From Fibrobacteria bacterium (GTDB lineage Bacteria; Fibrobacterota; Fibrobacteria; UBA11236), in the NCBI GenBank assembly GCA_050486505.1, contig JBJHDK010000020.1, forward strand, positions 1 to 35,679: a stretch of 35,679 nt of DNA, in the 5' to 3' direction. Position 1 is the stretch's first letter; every line of letters begins with the position of its first letter. The notes under the pieces were generated by a model. It did not search any database. It was not told the origin of the DNA and saw only the letters and a list, made by a program, of their open reading frames with translations. Of the stretch, positions 1 to 10,997 are shown piece after piece. Both the position numbers and the translations under genes were made by a program.

Positions 1-8
1 GTGCGGAT

Positions 9-326
9 CTACCCTGCACAGCCGCGGTGGGTGAGAAAGGTCTCCAGGTCGTCGGCACGGCGCAGGTCGGTTTCCAGCGCCTCCTTTTGAGCCTTCGACA
101 GGGCAACCTGCCGCGCCTCCGCGAGAATCCCCCGCGCCTCGCCCTCGTTTCCCAGCGTCACGGCGAGGTCGGCACGCAACACGAGGGCGCGGAACCGGTC
201 GTTTCCCGGCGCATTCTGCGCCTCGTTGAGTGCCGCGTCGAGGAGTCGGGCGGCCTCGTCGTGGCGCCGTGCGGCATCCAGGCCGTTGGCGGCTTCCAGG
301 GCATGGGAAAGTCGTGATCCGGGCAT
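9..326 (-). CDS. Small all-helical (TPR-like) hypothetical protein, 105 aa, ending ...FLTHRGCAG
   Basis: ATG-TAG ORF with an Ala/Leu-rich amphipathic helical pattern (DEAARLLDAAL, EARGILAEARQ); TATTAT (338-333) lies 6 nt upstream of the ATG; divergent from the kinase gene. Confidence 0.65.
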   Translation of the reverse strand: MPGSRLSHALEAANGLDAARRHDEAARLLDAALNEAQNAPGNDRFRALVLRADLAVTLGNEGEARGILAEARQVALSKAQKEALETDLRRADDLETFLTHRGCAG

Positions 327-486
327 CCCGGAATAATAGTCGGGGGGTGGCTGCGCGGGAGCACCGTGAAGGGGCAGGAATGTCGGTAAATCTTCCCACA
401 GAAAGTGGTGTCAAGACTAAATTCGCTGACAAGATGACAGGCGGCGGGTCGCTCTCGTCGATGCCCACATCAGACCAGGGAACACC

Positions 487-3400
487 GTGTCGAATCCGCT
501 CCGCATCGCTCTCATCTACCTCGCCTTCGGGACGACGTGGATTCTGCTGACGGACTGGTTGATCGACCCGGATCCCGCGACGACTTTTCCCGCAATCGAT
601 GTCCAGACGGTCAAGGGACTTTTTTTCGTGGCGATTTCCACGGGGCTTCTCTGGCTGGTCGCGCACTTTCTCGGGCGCAACGTGGAGCGTGAACGCACGC
701 GGTACCGGGAATTGTTCGAGCACAATCCCCAGCCGATGTTCGTCTACGATGTTGAAACGCTCGGGATCCTTGCGGCGAACAATGCCGCGCTCCTTCAGTA
801 CGGTTACTCCCGAGATGAGTTTCTGTCCATGGCCATCACTGACATGCGGCCGCAAGAAGACCTGCCCCGCCTTTTCGAGAACGTCGCACTGGTGACGGAG
901 GGCGTCGACAGGGCGGGCATCTGGAGGCATTTACGCAAGGACGGGAGCCTGCTTTGGGTCGAGATCACCTCCCACACATTGAAGTTTCGTGGCCGCAAGG
1001 CCGAGATGGTGCTGGCGCGCGATGTCACGGCGCAGTTGGCGGCTGAAGCGGCCCTCGAAGAGAGCGAGCGGAGCCTGCGCGAGATGGCGGAAAGCGTGCG
1101 GGATATCTACTACAGCTATGATCCTGTGAATGATCGTTTCCTGTACCTGAGTCCGCGCGTGGAGGAGGTTTGGGGCATGAGCCTCGAGCAGCTGCACGCC
1201 GATCCGATGAGCAACCTGGAGCGGGTCCATCCCGACGACTTGCACATTGCGATCGAGGCCGATCGCCGGCAGCGCGCGGGAGAGTCGACCACCAGTGAAT
1301 ACCGCATCGTGCGGCCCGATGGGAAGCAGACATGGGTGCAGGACTACTCGAACTCGATCAGGAATGGGCATGGCACCGTGGTCCGCATCGTCGGATCGAT
1401 GCGCGACATCACCGACCGGAAACGGATGGAGGAGGATCTCACCCGGCAGGAAGATCTGAACCATCGCATCCTCGACTCGCTGCATGAGGGAGTCCACGGA
1501 GTCGATTCGGAAGGCAGGATCATCTTCGAGAACCGCGCCGGCGCGGCCATGTTTGGCTGGAAGCCAAGCGAGATGGTCGGCAAACAGTCCCACGCGCTTA
1601 TCCACCACCACCGGGCGGACGGCAGCGAATACCCTCGGGAAGATTGTCCCATCTACATGACCCTCCGTGATGGAATTTCACGGCATGTCGAGGACGAGGT
1701 GTTTTTCCGCAAGGATGGAACGCCTTTTCCAGTGGAGTACGCCGTCGCGGCGCAGGTCGACGAGACCGGAGAGGTCGTCGGTGCCGTCATCAGCTTTCGG
1801 GATCTGACCGAGAGTCGCAGTGCCGAAGCGGCATTGCGCATCAGCGAGCGGAGGTTTTACGAACTGGCGGACGCCATGCCCTTCATGGTGTGGACGGCGG
1901 AGCCCGACGGCCAGGTGGATTATGCGAGTCGAGAGTTGCACGAGTACACAGGATTCAAGCTTGGGGAAAACCTTGCCGATGGCTGGCTTCAGGCGGTGCA
2001 TCCCGATGACCGGGACAAGACCATTGCCATCTGGACCGAGGCTGTGCGCACGCGTGAGCCCTACCACGCCGAGTTCCGCCTGCGTCGCCGCGATGGCGTG
2101 TATCGCTGGTATCAGTTGCATGCTGTGGCGGTGACGCACGAAGACGGGACGATGAAGTGGTACGGCACCGCCAGCGATGTCGATGCCATCAAGCAATCGG
2201 AAGAGACTGCGCAAAGGCTCGCCCGGCGCTATTTGACGACGCTCGAAAGCATCACCGACGCCTTCTATACGCTCGACCATGATTGGCGGTTCACATACGC
2301 CAACAAGGAGGCTGAAAGGCTACTGCAAAAGTCGCGCGGTGAACTGGTCGGACGGGACGTGTGGTCATTGTTCCCGGCGGTGAAGTCGACGGGATTCGAG
2401 ACGCGCTATCGCCATGCCATTGAGACGGGAGAAACGGTCGTCTTTGAGGAATGGTATCCGGCGCCCCTCGAGAAGTGGTTCAGTGTGCGAGCTTATCCTT
2501 CAGATCAGGGGTTGGCGGTGTACTTCCGCGACATTACCGACCGGAGGCGGGAGCGCGTAGCCCTGCAAGAAAGCGAGGAGCGCTTCCGGCTGCTTTCCAG
2601 GGCCACCAATGATGCGATCTGGGACTGGGACCTGGTGTCCGGAACGTTGTGGTGGAACGAGGGTTTCGAAACCTTGTTCGGGTTCAGTCGCGCCGAACTC
2701 GAGGTCGGCATTGAATCTTGGACGAACCGGATTCATCCCGAAGACAGGGAGGCCGTGGAAGCCAGCGTCGAAAGGGCCCTTGTCGGTGCGGGGGCGGACT
2801 GGGAGGGCGAATACCGGCTGCTGCGCAAGGATGGAACTTACGCCCAGGTCATTGATCGCGGCCATATCATCCGCGACGCGGAGGGCAAGGCCGTGCGCAT
2901 GATCGGCGGCATTTCGGACCTGACGGAACGCAAGGCGGCGGAGTCGGCGCGAGTGTTGCTCGGAACCGCGGTGGAACAACTTGGCGAAATGGTTTTGGTC
3001 ACCGATGTCTCCGGATGCATCGAGTACGTCAATCCGTCGTTTCAGCGCGTTACGGGATACTCCCGGGAGGAGTTGATCGGCGAGAATCCCCGCATCATCA
3101 AAAGCGGGCGGCAGGATGCAGCCTTCTACCGGGATCTGTGGGGAACCTTGACTTCCGGGCGCACATGGACGGGGACGTTTCAGAATCACCGCAAGGATGG
3201 AAGCCCGTTTACCGTGGAATCGACGATTTCCCCCGTGCGCAACGCACAGGGAGGGATCACCCACTTCGTGAGCGTCATGAGCGACATCACCGAGCGTCTT
3301 TCCCTCGAGGAACAGTTCCGCCAATCGCAGAAAATGGAGGCAGTCGGACGCCTTGCAGGCGGGATTGCGCATGATTTCAATAACATGCTCACGGTGATCC

Positions 3401-4464
3401 TCGCGCGTTCGGAGAACGCACTCAAACAGCTTTCACCCGAATCCTCGCTGCATTCGGTCCTGGAGGAAATCCATGAAGCCGCGGTACGTTCCGCGGCGCT
3501 CACCCGGCAATTGTTGGCGTACGCCCGCAAGCAGAAGGTGAACCCCCGTGTCATCGACCTGAATGACACGGTGGAGCATTCCCTGAAAATGCTGCGGCGC
3601 CTCGTGGGCGAGGACATCGACCTCGTCTGGTCGCCGATGGCGGGAGCGTGGCCGGTCCGCATCGATCCCGCGCAGATCGATCAGCTGCTCACCAACCTTT
3701 GCGTCAATGCGCGCGATGCCATCTCCGGCGTGGGGTGTGTCCGCATCGAGACGCACAACGTCAGCCTCAGTGTGGATTACTGCAGGTTGCACACGGGCTG
3801 CAACCCCGGTGATTATGTCATGCTCGCGATCACCGACGACGGGGAAGGCATGGATCGGGAAACGGTTTCCCACATTTTCGAGCCGTTTTATACAACCAAG
3901 AGGGAAGGCGAAGGCACCGGACTCGGGCTGGCCACGGTGTACGGAATCGTCCGGCAGAACGACGGGTTCATCAACGTCTATAGCGAGCCGGGCAAGGGAG
4001 CGATCTTCAAGGCCTATTTTCCGAGGCAGTTGAGCCTCGATCCCGCGGAAGCCCCGGAAGCGAACGAACGTGAAATTCCTCAAGGCCGCGGAGAAACGGT
4101 GTTGATCGTCGAGGACGAAACCATGATCCTCGAAGTTGCCGTCGAGATCCTCGAGGGCCTTGGATACGCCGTACGGTCGGCATCATCCCCGGCCGAGGCG
4201 CTGAAGCTGGTCGAAGGAGAAGGTATTCTCGTCGACGCCCTGATCACCGACGTGATCATGCCGGGCATGAACGGCCGCGAGCTCGCCGACCGCATCCGCG
4301 CGACGCGGCCCGGCCTCGGGGTGTTGTTCATGTCGGGCTATACCGCGCAGGTCATGGAACATCGCGGAATGGTCGAAGGGCGTGATCAGTTCGTGCAGAA
4401 ACCCTTTTCCACCCGTGACCTCGCGGTCAGCGTTCGGGCGGTTCTCGACGGGCGGGCTCGCTAG
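487..4464 (+). CDS. Membrane-anchored hybrid sensor histidine kinase/response regulator (2 TM, about 7 PAS/PAC, HisKA, HATPase, REC; CckA-like)
   Basis: N-terminal hydrophobic helices; repeated PAS/PAC motifs (HPDD...RRDG..RW...DIT); H-box [10 protein letters not shown]1/F/G2 boxes NARDA, DDGEG, FYTTK, GTGLGL; receiver motifs EDE, TDVIMPGMNG, KPF. GTG start taken from the ORF track. Confidence 0.95.
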   Translation: MSNPLRIALIYLAFGTTWILLTDWLIDPDPATTFPAIDVQTVKGLFFVAISTGLLWLVAHFLGRNVERERTRYRELFEHNPQPMFVYDVETLGILAANNAALLQYGYSRDEFLSMAITDMRPQEDLPRLFENVALVTEGVDRAGIWRHLRKDGSLLWVEITSHTLKFRGRKAEMVLARDVTAQLAAEAALEESERSLREMAESVRDIYYSYDPVNDRFLYLSPRVEEVWGMSLEQLHADPMSNLERVHPDDLHIAIEADRRQRAGESTTSEYRIVRPDGKQTWVQDYSNSIRNGHGTVVRIVGSMRDITDRKRMEEDLTRQEDLNHRILDSLHEGVHGVDSEGRIIFENRAGAAMFGWKPSEMVGKQSHALIHHHRADGSEYPREDCPIYMTLRDGISRHVEDEVFFRKDGTPFPVEYAVAAQVDETGEVVGAVISFRDLTESRSAEAALRISERRFYELADAMPFMVWTAEPDGQVDYASRELHEYTGFKLGENLADGWLQAVHPDDRDKTIAIWTEAVRTREPYHAEFRLRRRDGVYRWYQLHAVAVTHEDGTMKWYGTASDVDAIKQSEETAQRLARRYLTTLESITDAFYTLDHDWRFTYANKEAERLLQKSRGELVGRDVWSLFPAVKSTGFETRYRHAIETGETVVFEEWYPAPLEKWFSVRAYPSDQGLAVYFRDITDRRRERVALQESEERFRLLSRATNDAIWDWDLVSGTLWWNEGFETLFGFSRAELEVGIESWTNRIHPEDREAVEASVERALVGAGADWEGEYRLLRKDGTYAQVIDRGHIIRDAEGKAVRMIGGISDLTERKAAESARVLLGTAVEQLGEMVLVTDVSGCIEYVNPSFQRVTGYSREELIGENPRIIKSGRQDAAFYRDLWGTLTSGRTWTGTFQNHRKDGSPFTVESTISPVRNAQGGITHFVSVMSDITERLSLEEQFRQSQKMEAVGRLAGGIAHDFNNMLTVILARSENALKQLSPESSLHSVLEEIHEAAVRSAALTRQLLAYARKQKVNPRVIDLNDTVEHSLKMLRRLVGEDIDLVWSPMAGAWPVRIDPAQIDQLLTNLCVNARDAISGVGCVRIETHNVSLSVDYCRLHTGCNPGDYVMLAITDDGEGMDRETVSHIFEPFYTTKREGEGTGLGLATVYGIVRQNDGFINVYSEPGKGAIFKAYFPRQLSLDPAEAPEANEREIPQGRGETVLIVEDETMILEVAVEILEGLGYAVRSASSPAEALKLVEGEGILVDALITDVIMPGMNGRELADRIRATRPGLGVLFMSGYTAQVMEHRGMVEGRDQFVQKPFSTRDLAVSVRAVLDGRAR

Positions 4465-4615
4465 GGCGGGGCTCGCCGCCTCACAGACAGAGGCAAGTTT
4501 GGGAAGAGGAAGAGCGATGCAGGCGGGCTGCTCGGGCAACAGGCGTGCGGGGCGTGGATCGGGCTCCCCGGTTCGCGTGTAAGTGGCAGGTACCCCCGGA
4601 AGGAGGAACAGAATC

Positions 4616-7600
4616 ATGCCGGAAAATCTGCGCCACCTCCTCCGACTGGATCCCCTCCACTGGCGTGAGGGGTTGCTGACCCTTGTGCTCTGGATCGTCA
4701 CGGTGCTCGGAGCCATCGTCTATGTGCCGAGCGTCTACATGGCCTTGCGCGACGGCCTCGTTTACGTGGTCTGGGTCGATACTGCGGCCCTCGCCGGGGT
4801 TTTGGCTCTTTTGTTGGCAAAGAGGATGGCATTTCGCATCCGTGCCGGCCTTCTTTGCACGGTCTTTTACCTGCTCGGCACGGGGCTACTGTTCTGGGTC
4901 GGCCCCATCAGCCAAACCTACCTGCTGGCATTTTCACTGGTCACCACTCTCCTGCTTGGTTTGCGCACGGGATTGGCGGCGGCAATCCTCGGGACGGTCA
5001 CCTTGGCCGTGGTCGGTCTGGCAGGCATGGCGACGGCGACGGTCGGCCCCTCGGTCTGGTTGAATGCCGACGGTCCCGCATGGCTGGTCATTGCCTTGAA
5101 TTTTGCCTTGGCCAACATTTCCCTCACACTGGCGGTGGGAGGAATCCTGGCGGTTCTGGAGACCGGGCTGCGTCGCGAGGCGGAAGGGCGCGAATCTCTG
5201 CGGCAAAGTCAGTCCATGCTGGCCATGGCCATGCGGGTCAGCCGCATGGGCGCCTGGGCGATCGATCGGGTCGAGGACAAGCTGCGGTTGACTTGGTCCG
5301 AAGGAATGTTCTCGATCCATGAGCTTCCGGTTGGATTTCCTCCGGAACTGGACGAAGGCATTCTCTACTACGCGAATGAGGATCAGGCGAAGGTTTCCGA
5401 GGCCGTGGACGCGTGCTTTCGCGACGGAACCCCCATTGATGCGCAGTGGGTGCTTCTCACCGCGAAGAATCGCCGGATTCTTGTGCATGCGGTTGCCGAA
5501 GCCGTGCGCGATGAGGCTGGGCGCATCGTCAGGATTCATGGGACCTTGCAGGACTTGACGGAAGATCGCGAAACGCAGCTTTCCCTGCTGCGAAGCGAAC
5601 GCCGTTATTTCGAACTTGCCGATTCCATGCCGTTCATGGTCTGGACCGCCACACCGGACGGTGGAGTTGATTATGCGAATGCGGCATTTCGTGATTACAT
5701 CGGCGAATACTCCGGACAGGACCTCGGAACCGGCTGGTTCCGATTGTTGCATCCCGATGACCGGGAGCGTACCGCTCAGGTCTGGGCAAAGGCCGTGCGC
5801 AGCGGGGAACCCTATCAAACCGAGTTCCGGATCCGTCGGGGAAGCGACGGAGAATACCGTTGGCACCGGCTGCATGCAACGGCGGTTCGGGAAGAGGACG
5901 GAAGAATTCACAAGTGGTATGGATCCTCTGTCGACATTCATGAAATCAAGCTTGCTGAAAAGAAGTCGAAACAGATCGCCCGGCGACTGGAAAAAACCCT
6001 GGAGAGCATCACGGATGCCTTTGTGACCTTCGACCGGGAGTGGAGGTTTACTTACGTCAATTCCATGGCGGAGCAATTGCTGGGCAGAAGTCGGGAAAGC
6101 CTTTTGGACAAAAACGTGTGGGACGAGTTTGCGGAAGGAATCAATCCGGAATTCCGGAAACACCTGGAACCGGCCCTGGATAGGGGTGAGCCCGTGTCGT
6201 TCGAAGCCGTTGCCTCCTTCGGCAAGCTGCTTGAGGTGCGGGCGTTTCCTTCCAGCGTCGGTCTGGCCGTTTATTTCCGGGACGTGACCATGGAACGGGC
6301 CGCCCGGGAAGCGGACCGACTTCACGAGCAGAGGCTGCAATTGATCACGCGCGCCACCAACGACTTGATCTGGGATTTCGACGCCGCAAAATCGACCATC
6401 TGGTGGGGGGAGGGGTTCGAAGCCTTCTTCGGCCCCGTTCTGGAGGGGCGGGAGACAGGCGAGTCGTTTTGGGAGGAACGCGTGCACCCCGATGACCGCG
6501 AGCGGACTGTCTCGGGCATCAATACCGCATTCGTCGGTGATGGCGACTCCTGGACCGATGAGTACCGCTTGCGACGCGCGGATGGAATCTATGTCCATGT
6601 GCTTGATCGGGGCTACATCCTGCGCGATGACGACGGCAAGGCGATTCGCATGATCGGCGGCCTCACCGACCTGACGGATCGCATGCAAAAGGAAGAGGCC
6701 TTGCGCCGTCTCACGCAGGAGTTGGAGCGGGAGAGGGCCAAATTGCTGGTCGCCCAGTCCGTGGCGCATGTCGGCAGCTGGGAGACTGATCTGACGACGT
6801 ATGAGGTGACCTGGTCCGAAGAGTGTTACCGCATTTTCGAAAAGGATCCCTCGATGTACACGCCGACGCATGAGGGGGTGCTGTCCCAGGTTCACCCGGA
6901 AGACAGGGACAAGGTCACCGAGACTTTTCTCAGCTCGGTGCGCCAAACAGCGCCACAGACCATCGTACACCGCATTATCACAGATAACGGTAACGTCAAG
7001 TATCTCGAGCAGAACTGGAAGATCGAACTCGATGAGAACGGGATGCCGATCCGTGCAACCGGCACCGGCCAGGACATCACGTTGCGCGTGAGCCTTGAAG
7101 AGCAGTTCCGACAGTCGCAAAAAATGGAGGCCGTGGGTCGTCTTGCCGGTGGCATCGCGCATGATTTCAACAACATGCTTACGGTCATCCTGGTACGCTC
7201 CGAGCGGGCCATGGCCGCACTCAAGGCATCCGACCCCTTACGCGCGGGCATTCAGGAGATTTACGATGCCGCCGAGCGTTCGGCGGCATTGACGCGTCAG
7301 TTGCTCACTTACGCCCGGCGCCAGGAAGTGCAGGCCCGCGTTCTAGATCTCAATGAGACGGTGGAAAACGCATTGAAGATGCTGCGACGGTTGGTGGGAG
7401 AAGACGTCCGGCTGGAGTGGTCCCCGGGCGCAGGCCTGTGGCCGGTCAAAATCGACCCTGCGCAGGTCGACCAAATCCTCACAAACCTCTGCGTCAATGC
7501 GCGCGACGCCATCCGCGATGTCGGTACGGTGACCATCGAAACGCACAATGTAACCTTCGATGCGGAATATTGCCGCAGGCACAGTGATTACCAACCAGGT

Positions 7601-8251
7601 GACTATGTCATGCTTGCCGTCACCGATGACGGGGCGGGAATGAGCGAAGAGATACGCTCCCGGATCTTCGACCCCTTCTTCACAACCAAAGAACCCGGTC
7701 GGGGGACGGGGCTGGGCCTGCCCACGGTGTACGGCATCGTACAGCAGAATCGGGGTTTCATCCACGTCTACAGCGAACCGGGGAAAGGAACGACGTTCAA
7801 GATCTACCTCGTTCGCGAAGCCCAGGTTGTGACGGAGTCTTTCGGTGCGGCACAGGGTGGCATTCCCCGCGGCAACGGTGAAGTCGTGCTGGTGGTGGAG
7901 GACGAGGCCATGATTCTTGAGGTTGCCGTCGAAATTCTGGAGGGATTGGGGTACCACGTGCTGTCAGCCGACTCCCCCGATACTGCGCTTGCAATTGCAG
8001 CAAAGGCAGGAACCGTCATCGATGTCATGATGACGGACGTGGTCATGCCGGGCATGAACGGCAGGGATTTGGTGGACCGCATCCGGAAATCACGACCGCA
8101 CCTGCGGGTATTGTTCATGTCGGGCTATACCGCACAGGTCATGGAGCATCGCGGGATGGTCGAGGGGCGCGAAGACTTCATCCAGAAGCCGTTCTCCATC
8201 TCGGATCTCGCGATCAAGATACGGGCAACCCTCGACAGCCGGGACGGCTGA
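4616..8251 (+). CDS. Hybrid sensor histidine kinase/response regulator (multi-TM N-terminus, about 5 PAS, HisKA, HATPase, REC)
   Basis: Same kinase/receiver motifs as 487-4464; roughly six hydrophobic segments at the N-terminus; AGGAGG at 4601-4606 favours ATG 4616 over GTG 4583. Confidence 0.95.
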   Translation: MPENLRHLLRLDPLHWREGLLTLVLWIVTVLGAIVYVPSVYMALRDGLVYVVWVDTAALAGVLALLLAKRMAFRIRAGLLCTVFYLLGTGLLFWVGPISQTYLLAFSLVTTLLLGLRTGLAAAILGTVTLAVVGLAGMATATVGPSVWLNADGPAWLVIALNFALANISLTLAVGGILAVLETGLRREAEGRESLRQSQSMLAMAMRVSRMGAWAIDRVEDKLRLTWSEGMFSIHELPVGFPPELDEGILYYANEDQAKVSEAVDACFRDGTPIDAQWVLLTAKNRRILVHAVAEAVRDEAGRIVRIHGTLQDLTEDRETQLSLLRSERRYFELADSMPFMVWTATPDGGVDYANAAFRDYIGEYSGQDLGTGWFRLLHPDDRERTAQVWAKAVRSGEPYQTEFRIRRGSDGEYRWHRLHATAVREEDGRIHKWYGSSVDIHEIKLAEKKSKQIARRLEKTLESITDAFVTFDREWRFTYVNSMAEQLLGRSRESLLDKNVWDEFAEGINPEFRKHLEPALDRGEPVSFEAVASFGKLLEVRAFPSSVGLAVYFRDVTMERAAREADRLHEQRLQLITRATNDLIWDFDAAKSTIWWGEGFEAFFGPVLEGRETGESFWEERVHPDDRERTVSGINTAFVGDGDSWTDEYRLRRADGIYVHVLDRGYILRDDDGKAIRMIGGLTDLTDRMQKEEALRRLTQELERERAKLLVAQSVAHVGSWETDLTTYEVTWSEECYRIFEKDPSMYTPTHEGVLSQVHPEDRDKVTETFLSSVRQTAPQTIVHRIITDNGNVKYLEQNWKIELDENGMPIRATGTGQDITLRVSLEEQFRQSQKMEAVGRLAGGIAHDFNNMLTVILVRSERAMAALKASDPLRAGIQEIYDAAERSAALTRQLLTYARRQEVQARVLDLNETVENALKMLRRLVGEDVRLEWSPGAGLWPVKIDPAQVDQILTNLCVNARDAIRDVGTVTIETHNVTFDAEYCRRHSDYQPGDYVMLAVTDDGAGMSEEIRSRIFDPFFTTKEPGRGTGLGLPTVYGIVQQNRGFIHVYSEPGKGTTFKIYLVREAQVVTESFGAAQGGIPRGNGEVVLVVEDEAMILEVAVEILEGLGYHVLSADSPDTALAIAAKAGTVIDVMMTDVVMPGMNGRDLVDRIRKSRPHLRVLFMSGYTAQVMEHRGMVEGREDFIQKPFSISDLAIKIRATLDSRDG

Positions 8252-8267
8252 AGCGACGAGCACCGGG

Positions 8268-10997
8268 CTAGCAAGCGGCAGCGATTTCCGGGTCCGGTGT
8301 TTCACTGCCGCTTGGGTCCGCCACCGCAAGCCCGGCATCGCGCAACAGCCGGTTCAGGATGGGACCCGCCTCGAACTGCGCTGCCCGTTCCACCGCCGCC
8401 CTGCGAAACGTGGCGGCCAGCCTCGGGTTCTTGAGGTATGCGGCCGCCAGGTCTCCCATCTCGGTGGCGGAGCGGGCACGGTATCCGCACACCTTGTCGA
8501 GAATGAGGTCGCGGGGCCCCTTCGTATCGTATGCAACAGCGGGCAACCCGCAGGCCATCGCTTCCAGCAGCACGCACGAGAACGTGTCGAACCACGATGG
8601 CAGCAGCAGCAGGTCGCTGGCGGCAAAGGCGTCGGCCAGACGCTCGGGAGGAAGCCACCCCAGAAAGCGCGCATCCGGGAAGATCTCGCGCAGTTCGGCC
8701 TCCATCGGTCCGGTTCCGGCGAATGCGAGCACGGCGTCCGGAATCTGGGCGCGTACCCGTTCCATCACTTCTGCGAGGTCGCGCAACCCCTTTTCGGCGC
8801 TCAGGCGTCCGGCGAATACCAACACCTTGGAATCGTCGGTAAGATCGGGGAAGACCGCGGCCCGGTCGGGCGACCGCGGCATGAACTGCGAGCGCGTCCA
8901 ATGCGCCGTGAGGTGAAGCTTCCCGGGGTCGATTCCGAAATCGGGGGACGCGAAAGCGTCGCGCTGCTCGCGATTGAGCAGGTAGAGGCCGTCGAAGGCG
9001 CCGTAGAACGCCCGCAGGATGCGGCGCAGGCGGTCTTCCTGATGAAGATCCAGATCCATGTTGCGGCGCGCGAAGTCCATCCAGTCGGTATGGATGTAGA
9101 ACTGCGCAGGCACCTTGAAGGCATGCTTGAGATAGAGCGCGACAAGCCCCATGGGGGCCTCGGTGGAGCAAATGATGCGGTCGTAGCCGCCGTCCCGGAA
9201 GATCCTCTGCACCTGCAGCAAATCGGGCATGCGGAACGGTTGTTCGGGGTAAAAAGGAAAGCGAAGCTCCGTGAGGGCGGGAACCCCGATCAAGTTGGGA
9301 CCCTGCGCCTCCGTCGGAACGTTGCACGCGAGAAAATCGATCGGGAGGTTGCGGCGGCGCACCTCGTGGAGCGTGGCCTGCAACGCATGCGAGACACCGT
9401 TCTTGTCGAAGAGCGTGTCGGTGAGCCAAAGGATGCGCCCCGCCGGGCGCGGCCGCCCGACACGTTCGGCGAATGCGTCCACGAAGGAGCGGCGGTCGTT
9501 GAGGACCGCGTGCGCGGCGAACGCCGCACCTCCCAGGACGGTGGATGCAAGCAAGGGGAATGGCAAGCCGTCGGTCAGGTTGCCGAGTGTCTTCGGCGCG
9601 GCGGCCGCCGGCTTGCGCGAGGAAGCATTCCCCGTCCATGCACGGAAATGCATGGGCAACTCGAATTGCTCCAGCGCCTTCGCGAAGGGCGTCGCCGGGG
9701 CGCCTTCATCTCCAGCTTCGCGCGCGAGGAAGGGACGCAGTTTTTTCTCCAGCCGCCCGGTGAGAATCCCCTGCAACCTGTTGAACATCCGTGGAAGAAC
9801 CTCGCGCATGGCGGCGACATTTGCCTCGGGCGACGCGCGGCGCGCGCGCGCCAAGGCATCGATGTCCGCGATCAGGGGACGGTAGTCGGCGGAGGTGACG
9901 TGCTTGAGCCACCAAGCCGGGCGTTTTCCCCGCAGTCCTTCGCTGAAGACTTCGAGAAATCGCGATGTACGCCCGTGCCGGCGCAGTTCCATCAGCCCGT
10001 TGCCGATCACGAAGGCGGCCAGCTTCTGGTTCGGTTCTCCCCGGTGCAGCAGCAGGCGGACCAGACCGGGATCTTCCATGCGCAGCGCGGCCTGCGAGAA
10101 ATATTCGAGGAAGGCGGCCGTGAGTTTTTCCTCGGCGCAGGGCGCTCCGAACGGGGCCAGGGTCCCGTGTCGCAGGCCTTCCAACGCGACTTCGGAGGGT
10201 TTGCGTCCCGCCCGCTTCCAGCCGGGCGCCGCGACCAGGGTGCCCGTCGAGCCGGCGAAGATTCCGAAGTGGCAGTCCGATCCTCCTGTGACCCGCTTCC
10301 GGTAGGGCTCGCGGCAGAATTCCCCCGGCCTGATGCCCAGGCGTTTTCCTGCCTCCTCGAGCGACTCCGCATTCATCCCGTCGACCCACTCTACAGTGAG
10401 CAGGTTTTGCCATGCGTCGCGCTGGCCGTTCACTCCCTCGAAGCGTTCGAACAGCAAAGCGAAGCGATCCATCAGGGCCGGGTCGGGTTCCTTGCCCGGG
10501 GAATAGAAATGCAGGGGGTGGGCGAGAACGGTGGGAAGGTCGCGCTCTGTCGTGTAGGCCAGGAACTTGTAAAGATCCTTGCGCAGCGAATTCAGTCGCT
10601 CCTCATCGGCCGGAGTGATCCCGTACGTCAGGACGTGCACCCCGACTCCGACATCGGGGAGCGTGCAACTGAATTCCGCGGCAGGCAACACGTCCTCGCC
10701 CTTGTCGAGCAGTTCCCAACAGCTGCGGGCGTTGTTGTGGTTGGTCACCGTGATCGCGTCGGAGCCGTGGCGACGGAGCGTCCGGACGAGCTCGCGCGTG
10801 GGCAGCCAGGTTTCCGGCAGACGCAGCAGGCGGCCGAGGGTCTCATCGGGAACGTCGCTGTTGCGATCGTGGCAGTGCAGGTCGATGCGCAGCACGTCCT
10901 CATCGCTGCGGGGAAGCTTGCGCGCGGCCCAGGAAACGACGTTCTCGAGTTCCAGGTCGACGCGCGCGCCGAAGTGTTCAGGGGTGGGTCGGGGCAT
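8268..10997 (-). CDS. PHP-family phosphoesterase domain fused to a GT4 (GT-B) glycosyltransferase
   Basis: N-terminal PHP metal-binding motifs DLHCH, TNHN, AAEFS, LAHP, GSDCH; C-terminal GT4 motifs TDT..NGVS, HTD, AGRLSAEKG, DTFSCVLLEAMACGLP; AGGAG upstream of ATG 10997. Confidence 0.88.
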   Translation of the reverse strand: MPRPTPEHFGARVDLELENVVSWAARKLPRSDEDVLRIDLHCHDRNSDVPDETLGRLLRLPETWLPTRELVRTLRRHGSDAITVTNHNNARSCWELLDKGEDVLPAAEFSCTLPDVGVGVHVLTYGITPADEERLNSLRKDLYKFLAYTTERDLPTVLAHPLHFYSPGKEPDPALMDRFALLFERFEGVNGQRDAWQNLLTVEWVDGMNAESLEEAGKRLGIRPGEFCREPYRKRVTGGSDCHFGIFAGSTGTLVAAPGWKRAGRKPSEVALEGLRHGTLAPFGAPCAEEKLTAAFLEYFSQAALRMEDPGLVRLLLHRGEPNQKLAAFVIGNGLMELRRHGRTSRFLEVFSEGLRGKRPAWWLKHVTSADYRPLIADIDALARARRASPEANVAAMREVLPRMFNRLQGILTGRLEKKLRPFLAREAGDEGAPATPFAKALEQFELPMHFRAWTGNASSRKPAAAAPKTLGNLTDGLPFPLLASTVLGGAAFAAHAVLNDRRSFVDAFAERVGRPRPAGRILWLTDTLFDKNGVSHALQATLHEVRRRNLPIDFLACNVPTEAQGPNLIGVPALTELRFPFYPEQPFRMPDLLQVQRIFRDGGYDRIICSTEAPMGLVALYLKHAFKVPAQFYIHTDWMDFARRNMDLDLHQEDRLRRILRAFYGAFDGLYLLNREQRDAFASPDFGIDPGKLHLTAHWTRSQFMPRSPDRAAVFPDLTDDSKVLVFAGRLSAEKGLRDLAEVMERVRAQIPDAVLAFAGTGPMEAELREIFPDARFLGWLPPERLADAFAASDLLLLPSWFDTFSCVLLEAMACGLPAVAYDTKGPRDLILDKVCGYRARSATEMGDLAAAYLKNPRLAATFRRAAVERAAQFEAGPILNRLLRDAGLAVADPSGSETPDPEIAAAC

